Origin: Armatimonadota bacterium
GTDB lineage: Bacteria; Armatimonadota; HRBIN16
Length of the DNA stretch: 64,000 bases
Direction: 5' to 3'
Assembly: GCA_963677485.1 (NCBI GenBank)
Contig: OY781964.1
Coordinates: 3,264,001 to 3,328,000, forward strand
Shown: in pieces, positions 20,255 to 31,249 of the stretch
Numbering within the stretch: the first letter of the stretch is position 1
Layout of the letters: each line of letters starts with the position of its first letter
Made by a program: the position numbers and the translations under genes
The notes under the pieces: model-generated
What the model saw: the letters and a program-made list of their open reading frames with translations, nothing else
Database searches by the model: none
Told to the model about the DNA's origin: nothing

Positions 20255-22192
20255 ATGGACTGGCAGGCAATGAAGCAAGCGTTTCGTGAGCAGAGTGATA
20301 TCACCGACGATGCTGAACTATGTCATGACGCCATACTGCAAGCTTTGCAGATGGGTGCTGAAGCAGGTGGTAATGAACTGGGAACGATTCTGCTGAGCGT
20401 GCTCGATGGTCTTTTTTGGGTTGATTCGAATGATGTCATTCGACAGTGCATGGTATCTGACCGCATGAAATCCACATCAGCCGACTACGTTGGAAAAAAA
20501 CTGTGCGAAATCCTACATGGGGAATCGTATTGTGATGTGAAGGACGCGATGCGGCTATGCCAGGAGTCCCATAAATACTCTGAATGCGTTTTGAGGTGGG
20601 AGGATTCTGATCCACCGAAGACCTTCAATGTAAGCTTGAATGTTCATGGTGACGGATATATTGTTCTGTTGCGTGATATCAGCAAGCGGCATGAGCTATC
20701 TGACCGCTTGGAGGAATCCGAACGCCGCTACCAACTCATCGCAAACTCGATCAGCGATGTCATCACGATCTCAGATATACAAGGCTATTTTTCCTTTGTC
20801 TCAGATTCATCTGAATTATCTGTTGGGTGGTCACCTGATCAGTTGGTAGGCCGATCTGCTTTTGAGTTTATACATCCTCAAGACGCTCCGACTGTTCGTG
20901 AATCCATACGAAAGGCCATCAACACAGCCGGTTCGGTTTCGTATGAGCACCGCTTTTTAAAGTCATATGGCGGGTATGTTTGGTTTGAAACTGTACTGCA
21001 GCCCATATCAGACAGAGACGGCAAGATCACGGCATTTCAAGGTGTCTCACGGGATGTGACGGAGCACCGTGCTACAGAACGTCGGTTGCGGCAACTGCTT
21101 CATCTTCTTGAGCAGAGCAGCGGTATGCTAGCGATTGTAAATAGTGATGGTTTGGTAGATTACATCAACCCTAGCCTATTGAAGTATCTTGGGGTAAGCA
21201 AGCGTCGACAGAAGCACCTTACTAGCGAGATGCTGCTTCCGAGAGGTATGGACCCAAAACACTCGTATGCCATCAATCAGGCGCTTCTGAAACACCAGCC
21301 GTGGCATGGTGAGATTTCCGGGAAAGATTCTAAGGGACATGCAGTGACATGTCTAGTCAGCGTAGCGCCTGTAGTGGATGACTTGGGCGAGATGACCCAT
21401 TACGTACTGGAACTGATTGACATCACAGAGCGTAAACGCGCCGAACAGTTGATCGAGCAGAAGAGCGAAGAGCTTTCGGCTGTGAATAGGGAACTTCAGG
21501 AGTTTGCCTATGTGGTCAGCCATGACCTCAAAGCCCCTTTACGCAGCATCAGTTCCTTGACGCACTGGCTGATGACCGATTATGCCCATCTGCTGCCCGA
21601 AGAGGGGCAGGAGCATTTGTCTTTGTTGAACCAGCGGGCCATACGGATGCAGTATTTGATAGATGGTGTGCTGACCTATAGCCGTGCTGGGAGGGTGGCC
21701 GAACAAGCCGGTAATTCGGACATCAGTCAACTTGCGGCTGATGTTTGGAACCTGTTGAATCCGCCACCAAATATGCACATCACGATTCAGCCCAATATGC
21801 CGGTCATATACGCAGAGCCAATTCGGTTGATCCAGCTTTTTCAGAACTTGATCAGCAATGCGATTAAACATAACGACAAGGCTGAGGGATATATTGAGGT
21901 ATTCTGTGAAGACGATGGAGCAATGTGGAGGTTTGGTGTTAAGGATAACGGTCCTGGGATCGAACCCAAACACCATGATCTGGTGTTTGGCATATTTCAA
22001 ACTCTGAATACCAAAGAAGAGTGCCCTGACAGCACCGGTATCGGGCTTGCACTTGTCCGCAAGGTTGTGGAACTCTATGGTGGACGCATCTGGATAGAAT
22101 CGGATGTGGGCCGGGGCTGTACATTCTGGTTTACTATTCTGAAACACCCGCTAGATCCTGGTACCGATCAACTGGACCAAGATATTGATTGA
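20255..22192 (+). CDS. cytoplasmic multi-PAS sensor histidine kinase
   Basis: PAS/PAC motifs (FIHPQD, RDVTE, DITERK); FAYVVSHDLKAP, NLISNAIK, DNGPG, GIGL. Confidence 0.93.
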   Translation: MDWQAMKQAFREQSDITDDAELCHDAILQALQMGAEAGGNELGTILLSVLDGLFWVDSNDVIRQCMVSDRMKSTSADYVGKKLCEILHGESYCDVKDAMRLCQESHKYSECVLRWEDSDPPKTFNVSLNVHGDGYIVLLRDISKRHELSDRLEESERRYQLIANSISDVITISDIQGYFSFVSDSSELSVGWSPDQLVGRSAFEFIHPQDAPTVRESIRKAINTAGSVSYEHRFLKSYGGYVWFETVLQPISDRDGKITAFQGVSRDVTEHRATERRLRQLLHLLEQSSGMLAIVNSDGLVDYINPSLLKYLGVSKRRQKHLTSEMLLPRGMDPKHSYAINQALLKHQPWHGEISGKDSKGHAVTCLVSVAPVVDDLGEMTHYVLELIDITERKRAEQLIEQKSEELSAVNRELQEFAYVVSHDLKAPLRSISSLTHWLMTDYAHLLPEEGQEHLSLLNQRAIRMQYLIDGVLTYSRAGRVAEQAGNSDISQLAADVWNLLNPPPNMHITIQPNMPVIYAEPIRLIQLFQNLISNAIKHNDKAEGYIEVFCEDDGAMWRFGVKDNGPGIEPKHHDLVFGIFQTLNTKEECPDSTGIGLALVRKVVELYGGRIWIESDVGRGCTFWFTILKHPLDPGTDQLDQDID

Positions 22193-24551
22193 TAGTATAC
22201 TCGGCTATTCGCTAGACTATGCGTTGGCTTGTTATGGTCTGCTACTGTTCATCGCTTCGGTCGAGATGTACCGCATGCGCCGACGTGATGTGTTATGGCA
22301 ACCATGGAAGTGGCTTAGCGCATATGCTGGCCTACAGGTGGTTCATTCCTGGAGTGTTCTAGCATCTATCAGCTTACCATTGAGCGATGTCTACTACCTT
22401 ACGGGCTTTATCATAATGTCACTATCGTATTTCTGTTTGTTTGAGTTTGGTGTGCGCTCTATGCTTGGGAAGCGCGGCGCAACCTGGCGCGTAATCACTG
22501 CACCTATCATGCTGGTTTTGCTGATAGTGGTAGTGCCCAGTGCAGAGCTAAACATTGTCGTCGTGATTTTCGCCATGGTCTGTTCTATCACCTCTGCATT
22601 CGCCATGCTACGCCATTCCGATCAGCGTTACAGAGAGAACCGGGCGCTGCTCGGTTTTGGTGCGGTTTCTTTACTGATGTGTGGTGTGACCATGAGTGTC
22701 GGTATGATGAATGCATATGGTCTGCAAATTACCAAAGTATCGACATCGGCGTTTATCCCCCGTCACGGCGTGCCAATCGAATATTACCAGTTGTTTGCTG
22801 CGGTCCTGTTCTTCGTCTTTGTGATGCTGTATGCCATGAGCTGCAATAAGAGTGATGGACGTCGGCTAGGGCATGACAAGGTGACCCCTTACCACATCTA
22901 CATCACCGCAACCCTGGTCCCACTCCTTAGCATTGGGTGGGTTCTATGTAAAATGGGTGGTGACTTCGGCATACACCAGTTCCGTAAGTCGCTCCTGGGG
23001 CGGGCGCAAACCGCCGTCGCTAATATCAGCCCAGATGAAGTAGAGAAATTGTACCACCTGGATCGCCCAGGCTATCCTAAGACGTTACGCTTTTTTAGAG
23101 AACAAATGGATAAAGTTCGCAGGGTGAATGGAGATACGCGGTTCATCTACATGTTAGGCAAGGTGGAGCCAAACATCGTATTTCTAGCAGATTGTGAGTC
23201 GGAATTATCACCCAACTATTCGCCACCGATGCAGATTTACACTGAGGCAAGCCAACTCGCTTATGATGTTTTTCGCAAGGCTCAGCCTACCTTCGACGGT
23301 CCTACTGAGGACCGGTGGGGTGTATATGTGTCGGCTTTTGTGCCCATAGTACGAAAAACCACCAATGAAGTGGTAGCCGTGATGGGTATGGACATTACTG
23401 GTAACCTATGGCTGAGTGCTGTGGCTCGTTACCGGCTGGTAGCCATTGTGGCGATGCTGATCATGGTGATTGTGCTGGTAGTACTTGGCTCAGCGTATAT
23501 CTTAACTAAAGATGCGCTGGCCAATAGTGCGCTGAGCCAAAGCCGATTTCAACGTGTTTTTGATGCCGCCCCCGAGGGTATTCTCATCGTCTCAATATCC
23601 GATGGTTTTGTGCGGGCCGCCAACCAACGGCTTCTTAAGTGGCTTTCGGTATCATTCAACGACATTGCCGGTCAGCCGATGGGCCTGTATCTGCCCACAG
23701 GTCATGAGCTACCTGAAGCAGGACATGTATGTCAGATCAACGATTCGGGCGACAGCCGCTATCTTGGGGTGACCAGTGCCGAGATCCACTTTATGGGGTA
23801 CGCATCGTATCTCTATTTCCTGCGAGATATCACGCAGCAACGGCAGGCTGTTGATGCCAAAGAAGCACTAGTCACCGAACTTCAAGAGACGAATTTAGAA
23901 CTTCAGCAGATCATCCATGCAGTGGCCCATGATCTAAAAGCTCCGACCCGAAGCATCAGCACATTGGCTCAATGGATACAATCCGATTACCAATCTGGTT
24001 TTGATGAGCCTGCGAACCGAATGCTGAACACCATCATCGACCGTACGCATCGCATGGATCGACTATTGTCAGGGTTACTGGAGTTTATACGCATCGGGCG
24101 AATCCGGCCAACCTACGAACCCGTGAACTTCCGGGTTTTGGTAGATGATGCGTTGAAGCAGTGTCATGCATATGAGCGATGCAGTATTCAAGTGGATGTG
24201 CCTGAGACTGTTACGACGGACGCTTCGCTAATGAATATCATACTGGTGGAACTGGTTGAGAATGCGGTCAGCCATGGTTTTGCTCGCGATCAGCCGGTGT
24301 TGGTGTCAGCCAAATTCGAAGATGATGTGCTCACACTTAGTGTCAAAGATCATGGCCCAGGGATAGATTCCAAATACCATACGAAGGTGTTTGAGTTGTT
24401 TGAAACCCTCAGCCCAAAAGATGAAACTGGTCGGTTGGGGCTTGGCCTGGCATTGGTAAATAAGGTTGTGCATCGTCTGGGTGGTAGTATATCGCTTGTT
24501 TCCAAACCAGGGGAAGGGTGTTCGGTATCGATATCCGTAACGGCTGTATGA
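22185..24551 (+). CDS. multi-TM membrane sensor histidine kinase with Cache-like and PAS domains
   Basis: ~8 N-terminal TM; EDRWGVYVSAFVP extracytoplasmic motif; AHDLKAP, ENAV, DHGPG, GLGL. Confidence 0.88.
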   Translation: MIDSILGYSLDYALACYGLLLFIASVEMYRMRRRDVLWQPWKWLSAYAGLQVVHSWSVLASISLPLSDVYYLTGFIIMSLSYFCLFEFGVRSMLGKRGATWRVITAPIMLVLLIVVVPSAELNIVVVIFAMVCSITSAFAMLRHSDQRYRENRALLGFGAVSLLMCGVTMSVGMMNAYGLQITKVSTSAFIPRHGVPIEYYQLFAAVLFFVFVMLYAMSCNKSDGRRLGHDKVTPYHIYITATLVPLLSIGWVLCKMGGDFGIHQFRKSLLGRAQTAVANISPDEVEKLYHLDRPGYPKTLRFFREQMDKVRRVNGDTRFIYMLGKVEPNIVFLADCESELSPNYSPPMQIYTEASQLAYDVFRKAQPTFDGPTEDRWGVYVSAFVPIVRKTTNEVVAVMGMDITGNLWLSAVARYRLVAIVAMLIMVIVLVVLGSAYILTKDALANSALSQSRFQRVFDAAPEGILIVSISDGFVRAANQRLLKWLSVSFNDIAGQPMGLYLPTGHELPEAGHVCQINDSGDSRYLGVTSAEIHFMGYASYLYFLRDITQQRQAVDAKEALVTELQETNLELQQIIHAVAHDLKAPTRSISTLAQWIQSDYQSGFDEPANRMLNTIIDRTHRMDRLLSGLLEFIRIGRIRPTYEPVNFRVLVDDALKQCHAYERCSIQVDVPETVTTDASLMNIILVELVENAVSHGFARDQPVLVSAKFEDDVLTLSVKDHGPGIDSKYHTKVFELFETLSPKDETGRLGLGLALVNKVVHRLGGSISLVSKPGEGCSVSISVTAV

Positions 24552-24652
24552 CCCATGCCTGAGGCGTTGGAATAAATCCTCGCTTTCAGGTACATTGAGA
24601 ACACAAGCATACTTAGAGATGTGACGGCAATACGTTTCCGATAGGGGGATAT

Positions 24653-25063
24653 ATGCGGGGCGAAATCAACGTCTTGCTTCTAGGCACTGAACCGACCTAC
24701 TCTGACTTGTTCAGTAGGGCTGCTGCACTTTATGGCATCGGACTGCGGCTTAGTGTCGGCGAAGATATCGGTGGATTTATCAACAGATTACCAGTTAAAA
24801 TGGCTCCAAACACTATATTGGTCATCGTATGTGATTTTTCCAAATATAACTCCCTGGCGCAGCTTCGCGGACTGAAGGGGCAGCAGAAGCTTCTCCGCTT
24901 TCCCGTGCTCATTTTTGGACTGAACTACACGAAGCAGAATTGCACTGACTGTTTTTCCGCCGGGGCAGCCGGCCTTTTTCCGTTCGCTGATGATGTGAAC
25001 GAGTTGGCAAAGCTGCTTAAGGTGATTGGTGACTATTGGCGAATGTCTGAATTACCAGACTAG
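24653..25063 (+). CDS. degenerate single-domain response regulator (pseudo-receiver)
   Basis: Receiver-like layout with C-terminal YWRMSELP, matching YWTLSELP of 30839-31249; acidic pocket and conserved Lys not recognisable. Confidence 0.65.
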   Translation: MRGEINVLLLGTEPTYSDLFSRAAALYGIGLRLSVGEDIGGFINRLPVKMAPNTILVIVCDFSKYNSLAQLRGLKGQQKLLRFPVLIFGLNYTKQNCTDCFSAGAAGLFPFADDVNELAKLLKVIGDYWRMSELPD

Positions 25064-25093
25064 ATACATCGACGAAGAGATGATATAGAGCAG

Positions 25094-28000
25094 ATGAGTA
25101 TAAGCATACTTCATATCGAGGATGACGTTGTCGAGCAAGTGAGTTTGGTTAGGACCTTTAAGAAGGCACATCCAGATTATGTCTGCAAGGCGGTGAGAAG
25201 CATTGCGGACGCTCGAACCATTCTGGCCCGCGAACACTTTGATGCCATCATCGCTGACTACTTCCTTGAAGACGGCTGTGCGTCTGATCTGCGAGCTGAT
25301 ATCGGCGACATCCCGTTAATCATGGTTACTGGTTTTGGTAATGAGAGCATCGCCATGAACGCGTTGCGGCAGGGTGCTGTGGACTATCTCATAAAGGACA
25401 CTGAGCGATCATACCTTAACGCGTTGCCCAATGCTGTAGACAAGGCCATCCAACATCGTGACACCATTCAGCAGTTAAAGTTGCTTGGACAAACGGTGGA
25501 AAACGCGTCTGACGTGATTGTGATCACTGATGCGGCCTACAACATAGTATTTGTGAACCGCTCATTTGAAGAGCTTTACGGGTTGGCAAGCAGTGAGGTC
25601 ATAGGCCTCAATGTAGCCGATGTGTTTCAAGAGTCCACCCCATCAGACAGCACCCCCCAGAAAGATAAACAAGCCATTCTTGATACGTGCCATCGGCTGA
25701 AATCCGGCCGGATTATCAATGTGCTGGTCAGCAACTCTTCTACTGTAGGAACTGATGGACGGCCCAACGCGCATTCATATGTAGTTCGCGATGTGACTCG
25801 TCTGCGGCAGGCTGAGGAAGAATTGATCTCGCAACGCAACGACTTGGTGCGTCAGCGTGACCTGTTGAATGCGATCCTAGATAACAGCCAGTCGTTCATC
25901 GTAGTGCTTGACAGCAATCTGAAAATCATGTTGACCAATCAAGCTGTCGCAAGTGAGATGGGCATCTCTGTTGAGCAACTCACAGGTTGTCACTATGCAG
26001 ATCGTCTTGTGACTCCAGCCGGTCGTGACCAATCGGTAGCTGCGATGCGCGGATTGTTTGTTACAGGCGGTCCTTTGGTAGGTAATTCAGACTGGGTGAA
26101 TGCGGCGGGCCAAACCAGGACGATCTATTGGAACGTCATGCTGGCCCAGTTGCCATTTGTCGAGGGCGCCTGTGCAGTGGCAGGGGGGCGTGATGTCACT
26201 GAAGTGATGGCGGCCCAAAAGGAGATGACCCGGCTGTCCAGTGCCCTTAACCAGATTGGAACCGCCATCTGTGTGACCGATGTTCAAGGGTGTGTGGAGT
26301 ATGTCAACCGTGGGTTTACCACATTGATAGGTCTTGATCCCGAGCAGGCAGTTGGCCAAAAGCTTAAGGATCTTGATATTTTTATGCTTCCCCCGGGCAG
26401 TGATGAGCTGTGGCACCAAGTGAGGGATCTGCACCAGGAGGTGACCCTTGAGTCGCAGGTAAGGCGTGCTGATAAGTCACAAGCATGGGTGCAAGTCACC
26501 GTCAGTCCTGTGAAGACACCCCGTGACCTGTTGGAAGGCTTCATGTTGATCGTGACGAATATCATGGATTCTCGTGAGATGCAGCAGAACCTGCTGCGCG
26601 AAAAAGAGTTGTTGAATGTCACGGTCCAATCTATCCGTGATGGAGTGATCTCTGTAGACAAAGATGGTCACCTAGTGATGATCAACCGATCGGCCTGTGA
26701 AATTCTTGGCCAACCGGAAGCCCAGTTACTCGGCGTGCTTTTACAGGATGTGATGCATATCCGCTGGGAAGAGAGCGATGAGATCATTGATGTGAGCTTA
26801 GACCAATGTGGTCCTACCGCGTCGAAGTCGGTGTTTGGCCAGGTGACATTGGCATCTAGCAGTGAGCAGGAAATGCTGCTGCAGATCGATATGAACACCC
26901 TGCATGATCAGGATTCTGTGCGGACAGGGGCCGTGCTGGTGTTTCGTGATGTGACGAAAAGCGAGCAGATCGACCGTGAATTGCGCCGCATGAACAAGCT
27001 GGAGTCCATCAGCCTTTTAGCTGGAGGAATCGCCCACGACTTCCGCAACATACTCACACCAGTCTTAGGTGACATCTCAATGGTCAAGGAGAGCCTGGCC
27101 AATGATGATCCACTGGCGGTAGACCTGACACATGCAGAACGAGGCTGCCAGAGAGCGGCCAATCTGGCTACCCAGCTTCTTATCTTTGCACGCGGGGGGT
27201 CGCCGGTAAGGCACCCCATGAACTTGACGGTAACCGCGATGCAGGCTGGCGAATTTGCCACCAGCGGAAGCAGCTGCAGGGTTGTCAACGTGATAGACCC
27301 CGAGCTATGGGCTGTGGAGGCCGATGAAGGCCAGGTTTTCCAGATTCTGCATAACTTGATCATCAATGCCCGGATTGCCTTGAATGATCAGGGTGAAGTG
27401 TTGGTGCGCATCAACAATACCATCCTTGCGGAAGACGAAATCCCTTTGTTGAGAGCAGGGCGGTATGTCAAGATCGAGGTAGAAGACCATGGCCCGGGGA
27501 TTTCGCCGGACGTGATGCCTTTGATTTACGACCCCTTCTTTACGACTCGGCCTGATGGTCGCGGGTTGGGACTGGCTATTGTGTATAGCGTCGTTCGTAA
27601 CCATGATGGCATCATACAGGTTGAATCCGTGCTAGGGGAAGGGACCACCTTTACCGTATATCTTCCCGCCACAGACATGCCCTCCAGCAGCCTGGTAGAC
27701 ACTAACGCCCAGATGGTACGCGGTACCGGACGCATATTGATGATGGACGATGAACTGCCCATTCTGGAGTTTATGACCAAGCTGGTGTCGAAACTGGGGT
27801 ATGAACCCATCACTTCAGAAAATGGGGAGCAAGCCATTGCCAGGTATAAAGCTGCAATGGATGTTGGAACCCCCTTCAATCTGGTCATCATGGACTTGAC
27901 GATTCCTGGAGGCATGGGCGGACGTGAAACCATCAAGGAGTTAATCCGGATAGACCCTGAAGTCAAGGCGATTGTAGCCAGCGGTTATTCTAATGATCCT

Positions 28001-28102
28001 ATTCTGAGCGATCCTGCCACCTACGGCTTTAAAGGTGCCATCACGAAACCATTCCGAATTAAAGAGATGTCTGCACTGATTGCTAAAGTTTTGCAAGCGT
28101 AG
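25094..28102 (+). CDS. hybrid histidine kinase REC-PAS(x4)-HisKA-HATPase-REC
   Basis: ILHIEDD REC; four PAS segments; LAGGIAHDFRN, NLIINA, DHGPG, GLGL; C-terminal ILMMDD...MDLTIPGG...KPF. Confidence 0.93.
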   Translation: MSISILHIEDDVVEQVSLVRTFKKAHPDYVCKAVRSIADARTILAREHFDAIIADYFLEDGCASDLRADIGDIPLIMVTGFGNESIAMNALRQGAVDYLIKDTERSYLNALPNAVDKAIQHRDTIQQLKLLGQTVENASDVIVITDAAYNIVFVNRSFEELYGLASSEVIGLNVADVFQESTPSDSTPQKDKQAILDTCHRLKSGRIINVLVSNSSTVGTDGRPNAHSYVVRDVTRLRQAEEELISQRNDLVRQRDLLNAILDNSQSFIVVLDSNLKIMLTNQAVASEMGISVEQLTGCHYADRLVTPAGRDQSVAAMRGLFVTGGPLVGNSDWVNAAGQTRTIYWNVMLAQLPFVEGACAVAGGRDVTEVMAAQKEMTRLSSALNQIGTAICVTDVQGCVEYVNRGFTTLIGLDPEQAVGQKLKDLDIFMLPPGSDELWHQVRDLHQEVTLESQVRRADKSQAWVQVTVSPVKTPRDLLEGFMLIVTNIMDSREMQQNLLREKELLNVTVQSIRDGVISVDKDGHLVMINRSACEILGQPEAQLLGVLLQDVMHIRWEESDEIIDVSLDQCGPTASKSVFGQVTLASSSEQEMLLQIDMNTLHDQDSVRTGAVLVFRDVTKSEQIDRELRRMNKLESISLLAGGIAHDFRNILTPVLGDISMVKESLANDDPLAVDLTHAERGCQRAANLATQLLIFARGGSPVRHPMNLTVTAMQAGEFATSGSSCRVVNVIDPELWAVEADEGQVFQILHNLIINARIALNDQGEVLVRINNTILAEDEIPLLRAGRYVKIEVEDHGPGISPDVMPLIYDPFFTTRPDGRGLGLAIVYSVVRNHDGIIQVESVLGEGTTFTVYLPATDMPSSSLVDTNAQMVRGTGRILMMDDELPILEFMTKLVSKLGYEPITSENGEQAIARYKAAMDVGTPFNLVIMDLTIPGGMGGRETIKELIRIDPEVKAIVASGYSNDPILSDPATYGFKGAITKPFRIKEMSALIAKVLQA

Positions 28103-28137
28103 GGATATAAGAATGATGATACCGTTGGTAAGCTGTC

Positions 28138-30753
28138 ATGTCGACTAAGCAAGGAGATGCGCCGACACTCCGCGATATGCTGATGGGAACATATCGAAAA
28201 ATGGGTTTTTACCCATTGCTGGGCATTCAGGTGGTTCTGGTTGTTGTCTACTTTGCGGCGATGAGCTTGTATGGGCGTACCGCTCGCGGCTTGATACTAG
28301 AGAAGGTTCAGGCTCAGATGCAGAGCATTGCTCGGGCAAAAGCGGCTAGCATCGAAACGACGACGAGTAAAGTCTATAGCGTGACAGAGTTGTTTCAGAA
28401 GGAATACGCGCGTCTGTTTGCCCACCCAGAGAGCTTCCCACAACCTAATCCGGTGCCCGCATTTCAAAAAGCACCAAATGGTGTTACCTATAAACCAGTT
28501 GATAACGGCGGATCTTATGTGTGGTATAGCAATATCACACCACAAGGTGCCGAACAACAGCAAAAGCGCCTGTTTACCGAAGCCTTAGACCCCATCGCGA
28601 AAAACATCATGCATTCCGACCCTGCGATTGTGGCTGTATACCTGAACACATACGACAGCATGTGCCGGTATTATCCGTATGTCAAGGATGTGTGGAAGTG
28701 GGCTGGATATAAGGCTGATATGCGTATCCCTCGGTTTAACTTCTACTATCTGGCTGATGCGAAACACAACCCCAGTAGAAAGCCGGTGTGGACCCGTGCC
28801 TACCTTGACCCTGCCGGGCAAGGATGGACTGTCAGCTGCATCGCTCCTATATACCGGGGTAACTTCCTTGAAGGCGTCGCGGGATTAGATATCACCATTA
28901 AGCAGATGGTCAAGCGTTTGTTTAATGAAGCACTACCATATGGTGCGCAGGCAATGCTGGTGGATCAAAATGGTACGATTTTAGCGATGCCTGTCCAGGT
29001 GGCCAGCTGGCTTGGATTGAAGGAGATGACGGAGCCCCTTTATACCAATCCTGTGACCCACACGGTGAATAAGCCTGATCAGTTTAACTTGCTGAAAGCC
29101 AGCCACGGAGGCATCGGTCAGGCGTTCCGTCCACTGATCACCGGACAAGCTGATGTGGGCGAGTTGATGATTCAGGGCAAGCCTTTTGTTTTAGCCTCCA
29201 GCGCCATCGGTAGTTCCGGCTGGAAGGTCGTGACGCTGGTCGATCGCGATGTCGTTTACCAACCCGTCATGGAACTGCAGTACCAGGTGAATGGGCTTGG
29301 TGCGTCCGCGTTGATCATTGCTATTTTGCTGACAGTTCTGGTGTGGGGCTTGCTGGATGATCGTTCGAATAAACTCGCTCAGCATATCAGTACGCCGATC
29401 GAACAGTTGGTTGCGGCATCTACTGCGATCGCAAAGGGTATCGGGCTGCCACGGGTTGAGGCATCAGGTATTTCCGAGGTTGACTTTTTGTCAAGTAACT
29501 TTGCCCGCATGGCCAAAGTGCTGAAGGCCGATGCGCAGCGCAAGCAGCACTATACAAGCCGGTTAAAGACTGTGCATGAACTGACGAATGACCCAGAACT
29601 GAACTTCGACCAAAAGCAGCGGCAACTTCTGCAGATGATCCAGCGGGAGATGGAGCTGACCAGTATCACGCTGGTGCAGCAACAGGCCACTGGGCTCGAG
29701 GCTGTCTGCAGCGCAGGCACTGCTGTCTGGCCGGATGGCTGCAGTGTAGCGATTGATGGACTGACACGGACCGAAGGCACGGAAGTGATGGCTTGTCAGA
29801 TGAGCTGCGCGGACGAGTCGACGATGAACCTGGTGCCGGTGTTGTGGATACCTTACATGGTGGATGGCATGGTGACTGGGGGCGTAGCCTGCCGGTTCGA
29901 GGCCGATCACAATGATGCTGAAGCAAATGATATGGAACTTCTGCAGATGGTGGCTCAGTGGTACGGATTTGAACGGGAACGCCATGAAGCCGAGATCCGC
30001 CGAAGGCTCCTGATGACCGACTTGCAGGCGGTCAACAAGGAACTCAGCGAGTTTGCCTACATGGCTTCGCATGACCTCAAGGCACCGCTGCGTTCTATCA
30101 GCAGTTTAGCCGACTGGCTGATGAACGACTACTCAGCAACCGTAGATGAGCAGGGACGCGAAATCATGGAACTGCTGGTAAATAGGGTGCGCCGCATGCA
30201 TTTGCTGGTTGAGGGCGTGTTGAATTACGCTAGAATCGGCAAATCACATGAACGCACGGAGCTTCTTGATATCGACTTAATCGTGAGGGAGATATTTGAA
30301 GGTCTCAACAGCGAGCATCGTCACCACTTGGAGGTGGTTGGCAAGCTGCCTCAGTTTGTGGCCTCAAAAACGAGTATTGAGCAACTATTCTTGAATTTAC
30401 TTGATAATGCTGTTAAATATATGGACAAAGAGCACGGCGTGGTCACTGTGGCCTGTGAAGAGGCTGGTGATATGTACGAGTTCGCCATATCGGATAACGG
30501 TCAGGGCATACCGGAGCAATATCGTGAAGGTGTGTTCAGTATTCTGCAGACAATGAAGCTGCGGGGCAACAATGACAGTACAGGCATCGGCCTGGCTCAT
30601 GCTAAGAAAATTGTCGATCTGTATAACGGAAAGATATGGCTTCAGAGTGGTGAAGGCAAAGGCGCAACATTCCGTTTCCGAATACCCAAGAACCCAATAG
30701 CTCAGCTATCCGATAAGCAAGATGATATCACACTGCAAGATGCCACCAGTTAA
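28138..30753 (+). CDS. dCache-HAMP-GAF-like sensor histidine kinase
   Basis: TM; WTRAYLDPAGQGW dCache motif; TM-HAMP; FAYMASHDLKAP, NLLDNAVK, DNGQG, GIGL. Confidence 0.9.
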   Translation: MSTKQGDAPTLRDMLMGTYRKMGFYPLLGIQVVLVVVYFAAMSLYGRTARGLILEKVQAQMQSIARAKAASIETTTSKVYSVTELFQKEYARLFAHPESFPQPNPVPAFQKAPNGVTYKPVDNGGSYVWYSNITPQGAEQQQKRLFTEALDPIAKNIMHSDPAIVAVYLNTYDSMCRYYPYVKDVWKWAGYKADMRIPRFNFYYLADAKHNPSRKPVWTRAYLDPAGQGWTVSCIAPIYRGNFLEGVAGLDITIKQMVKRLFNEALPYGAQAMLVDQNGTILAMPVQVASWLGLKEMTEPLYTNPVTHTVNKPDQFNLLKASHGGIGQAFRPLITGQADVGELMIQGKPFVLASSAIGSSGWKVVTLVDRDVVYQPVMELQYQVNGLGASALIIAILLTVLVWGLLDDRSNKLAQHISTPIEQLVAASTAIAKGIGLPRVEASGISEVDFLSSNFARMAKVLKADAQRKQHYTSRLKTVHELTNDPELNFDQKQRQLLQMIQREMELTSITLVQQQATGLEAVCSAGTAVWPDGCSVAIDGLTRTEGTEVMACQMSCADESTMNLVPVLWIPYMVDGMVTGGVACRFEADHNDAEANDMELLQMVAQWYGFERERHEAEIRRRLLMTDLQAVNKELSEFAYMASHDLKAPLRSISSLADWLMNDYSATVDEQGREIMELLVNRVRRMHLLVEGVLNYARIGKSHERTELLDIDLIVREIFEGLNSEHRHHLEVVGKLPQFVASKTSIEQLFLNLLDNAVKYMDKEHGVVTVACEEAGDMYEFAISDNGQGIPEQYREGVFSILQTMKLRGNNDSTGIGLAHAKKIVDLYNGKIWLQSGEGKGATFRFRIPKNPIAQLSDKQDDITLQDATS

Positions 30754-30838
30754 CCAGCTATAGCTGTCTGACTTAAGTGAGATTCGCGGGTATACTACCT
30801 ATACAGTGCCTGAATGCTATGTAATACGCGAGGAGACC

Positions 30839-31249
30839 ATGAACACGAGAAAGAGCATACTTTTAGTTGAGGACGATAAAGTAGATGCGATGACAGTGAA
30901 ACGCGCATTGCGCGAGATTAATGTCACCAATCTGCTGGCGACCGTCAATGATGGTGAGCAAGCACTTGAATATCTTCGTAATAAAGATAACGAAAGGCCA
31001 GCCATCATTCTTTTAGATCTGAATATGCCCAAAATGAATGGCATTGAGTTACTAAAACACATGAAAGCCGACGTTGATCTGCGCAGCATTCCCGTCATTG
31101 TGTTGACGACCTCCAAAGCTGACCAGGACCGGATTGAGAGCTTTAAGCTTAGTGTGGCGGGTTACATGCTGAAGCCGGTTGATTATATCCAATTTGTTGA
31201 GGTTATGCGCACGATCAATATCTATTGGACACTGAGTGAGTTGCCCTGA
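30839..31249 (+). CDS. single-domain response regulator (Rcp1-like)
   Basis: ILLVEDD, ILLDLNMP, LTTS, KP; AGGAG RBS. Confidence 0.93.
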   Translation: MNTRKSILLVEDDKVDAMTVKRALREINVTNLLATVNDGEQALEYLRNKDNERPAIILLDLNMPKMNGIELLKHMKADVDLRSIPVIVLTTSKADQDRIESFKLSVAGYMLKPVDYIQFVEVMRTINIYWTLSELP

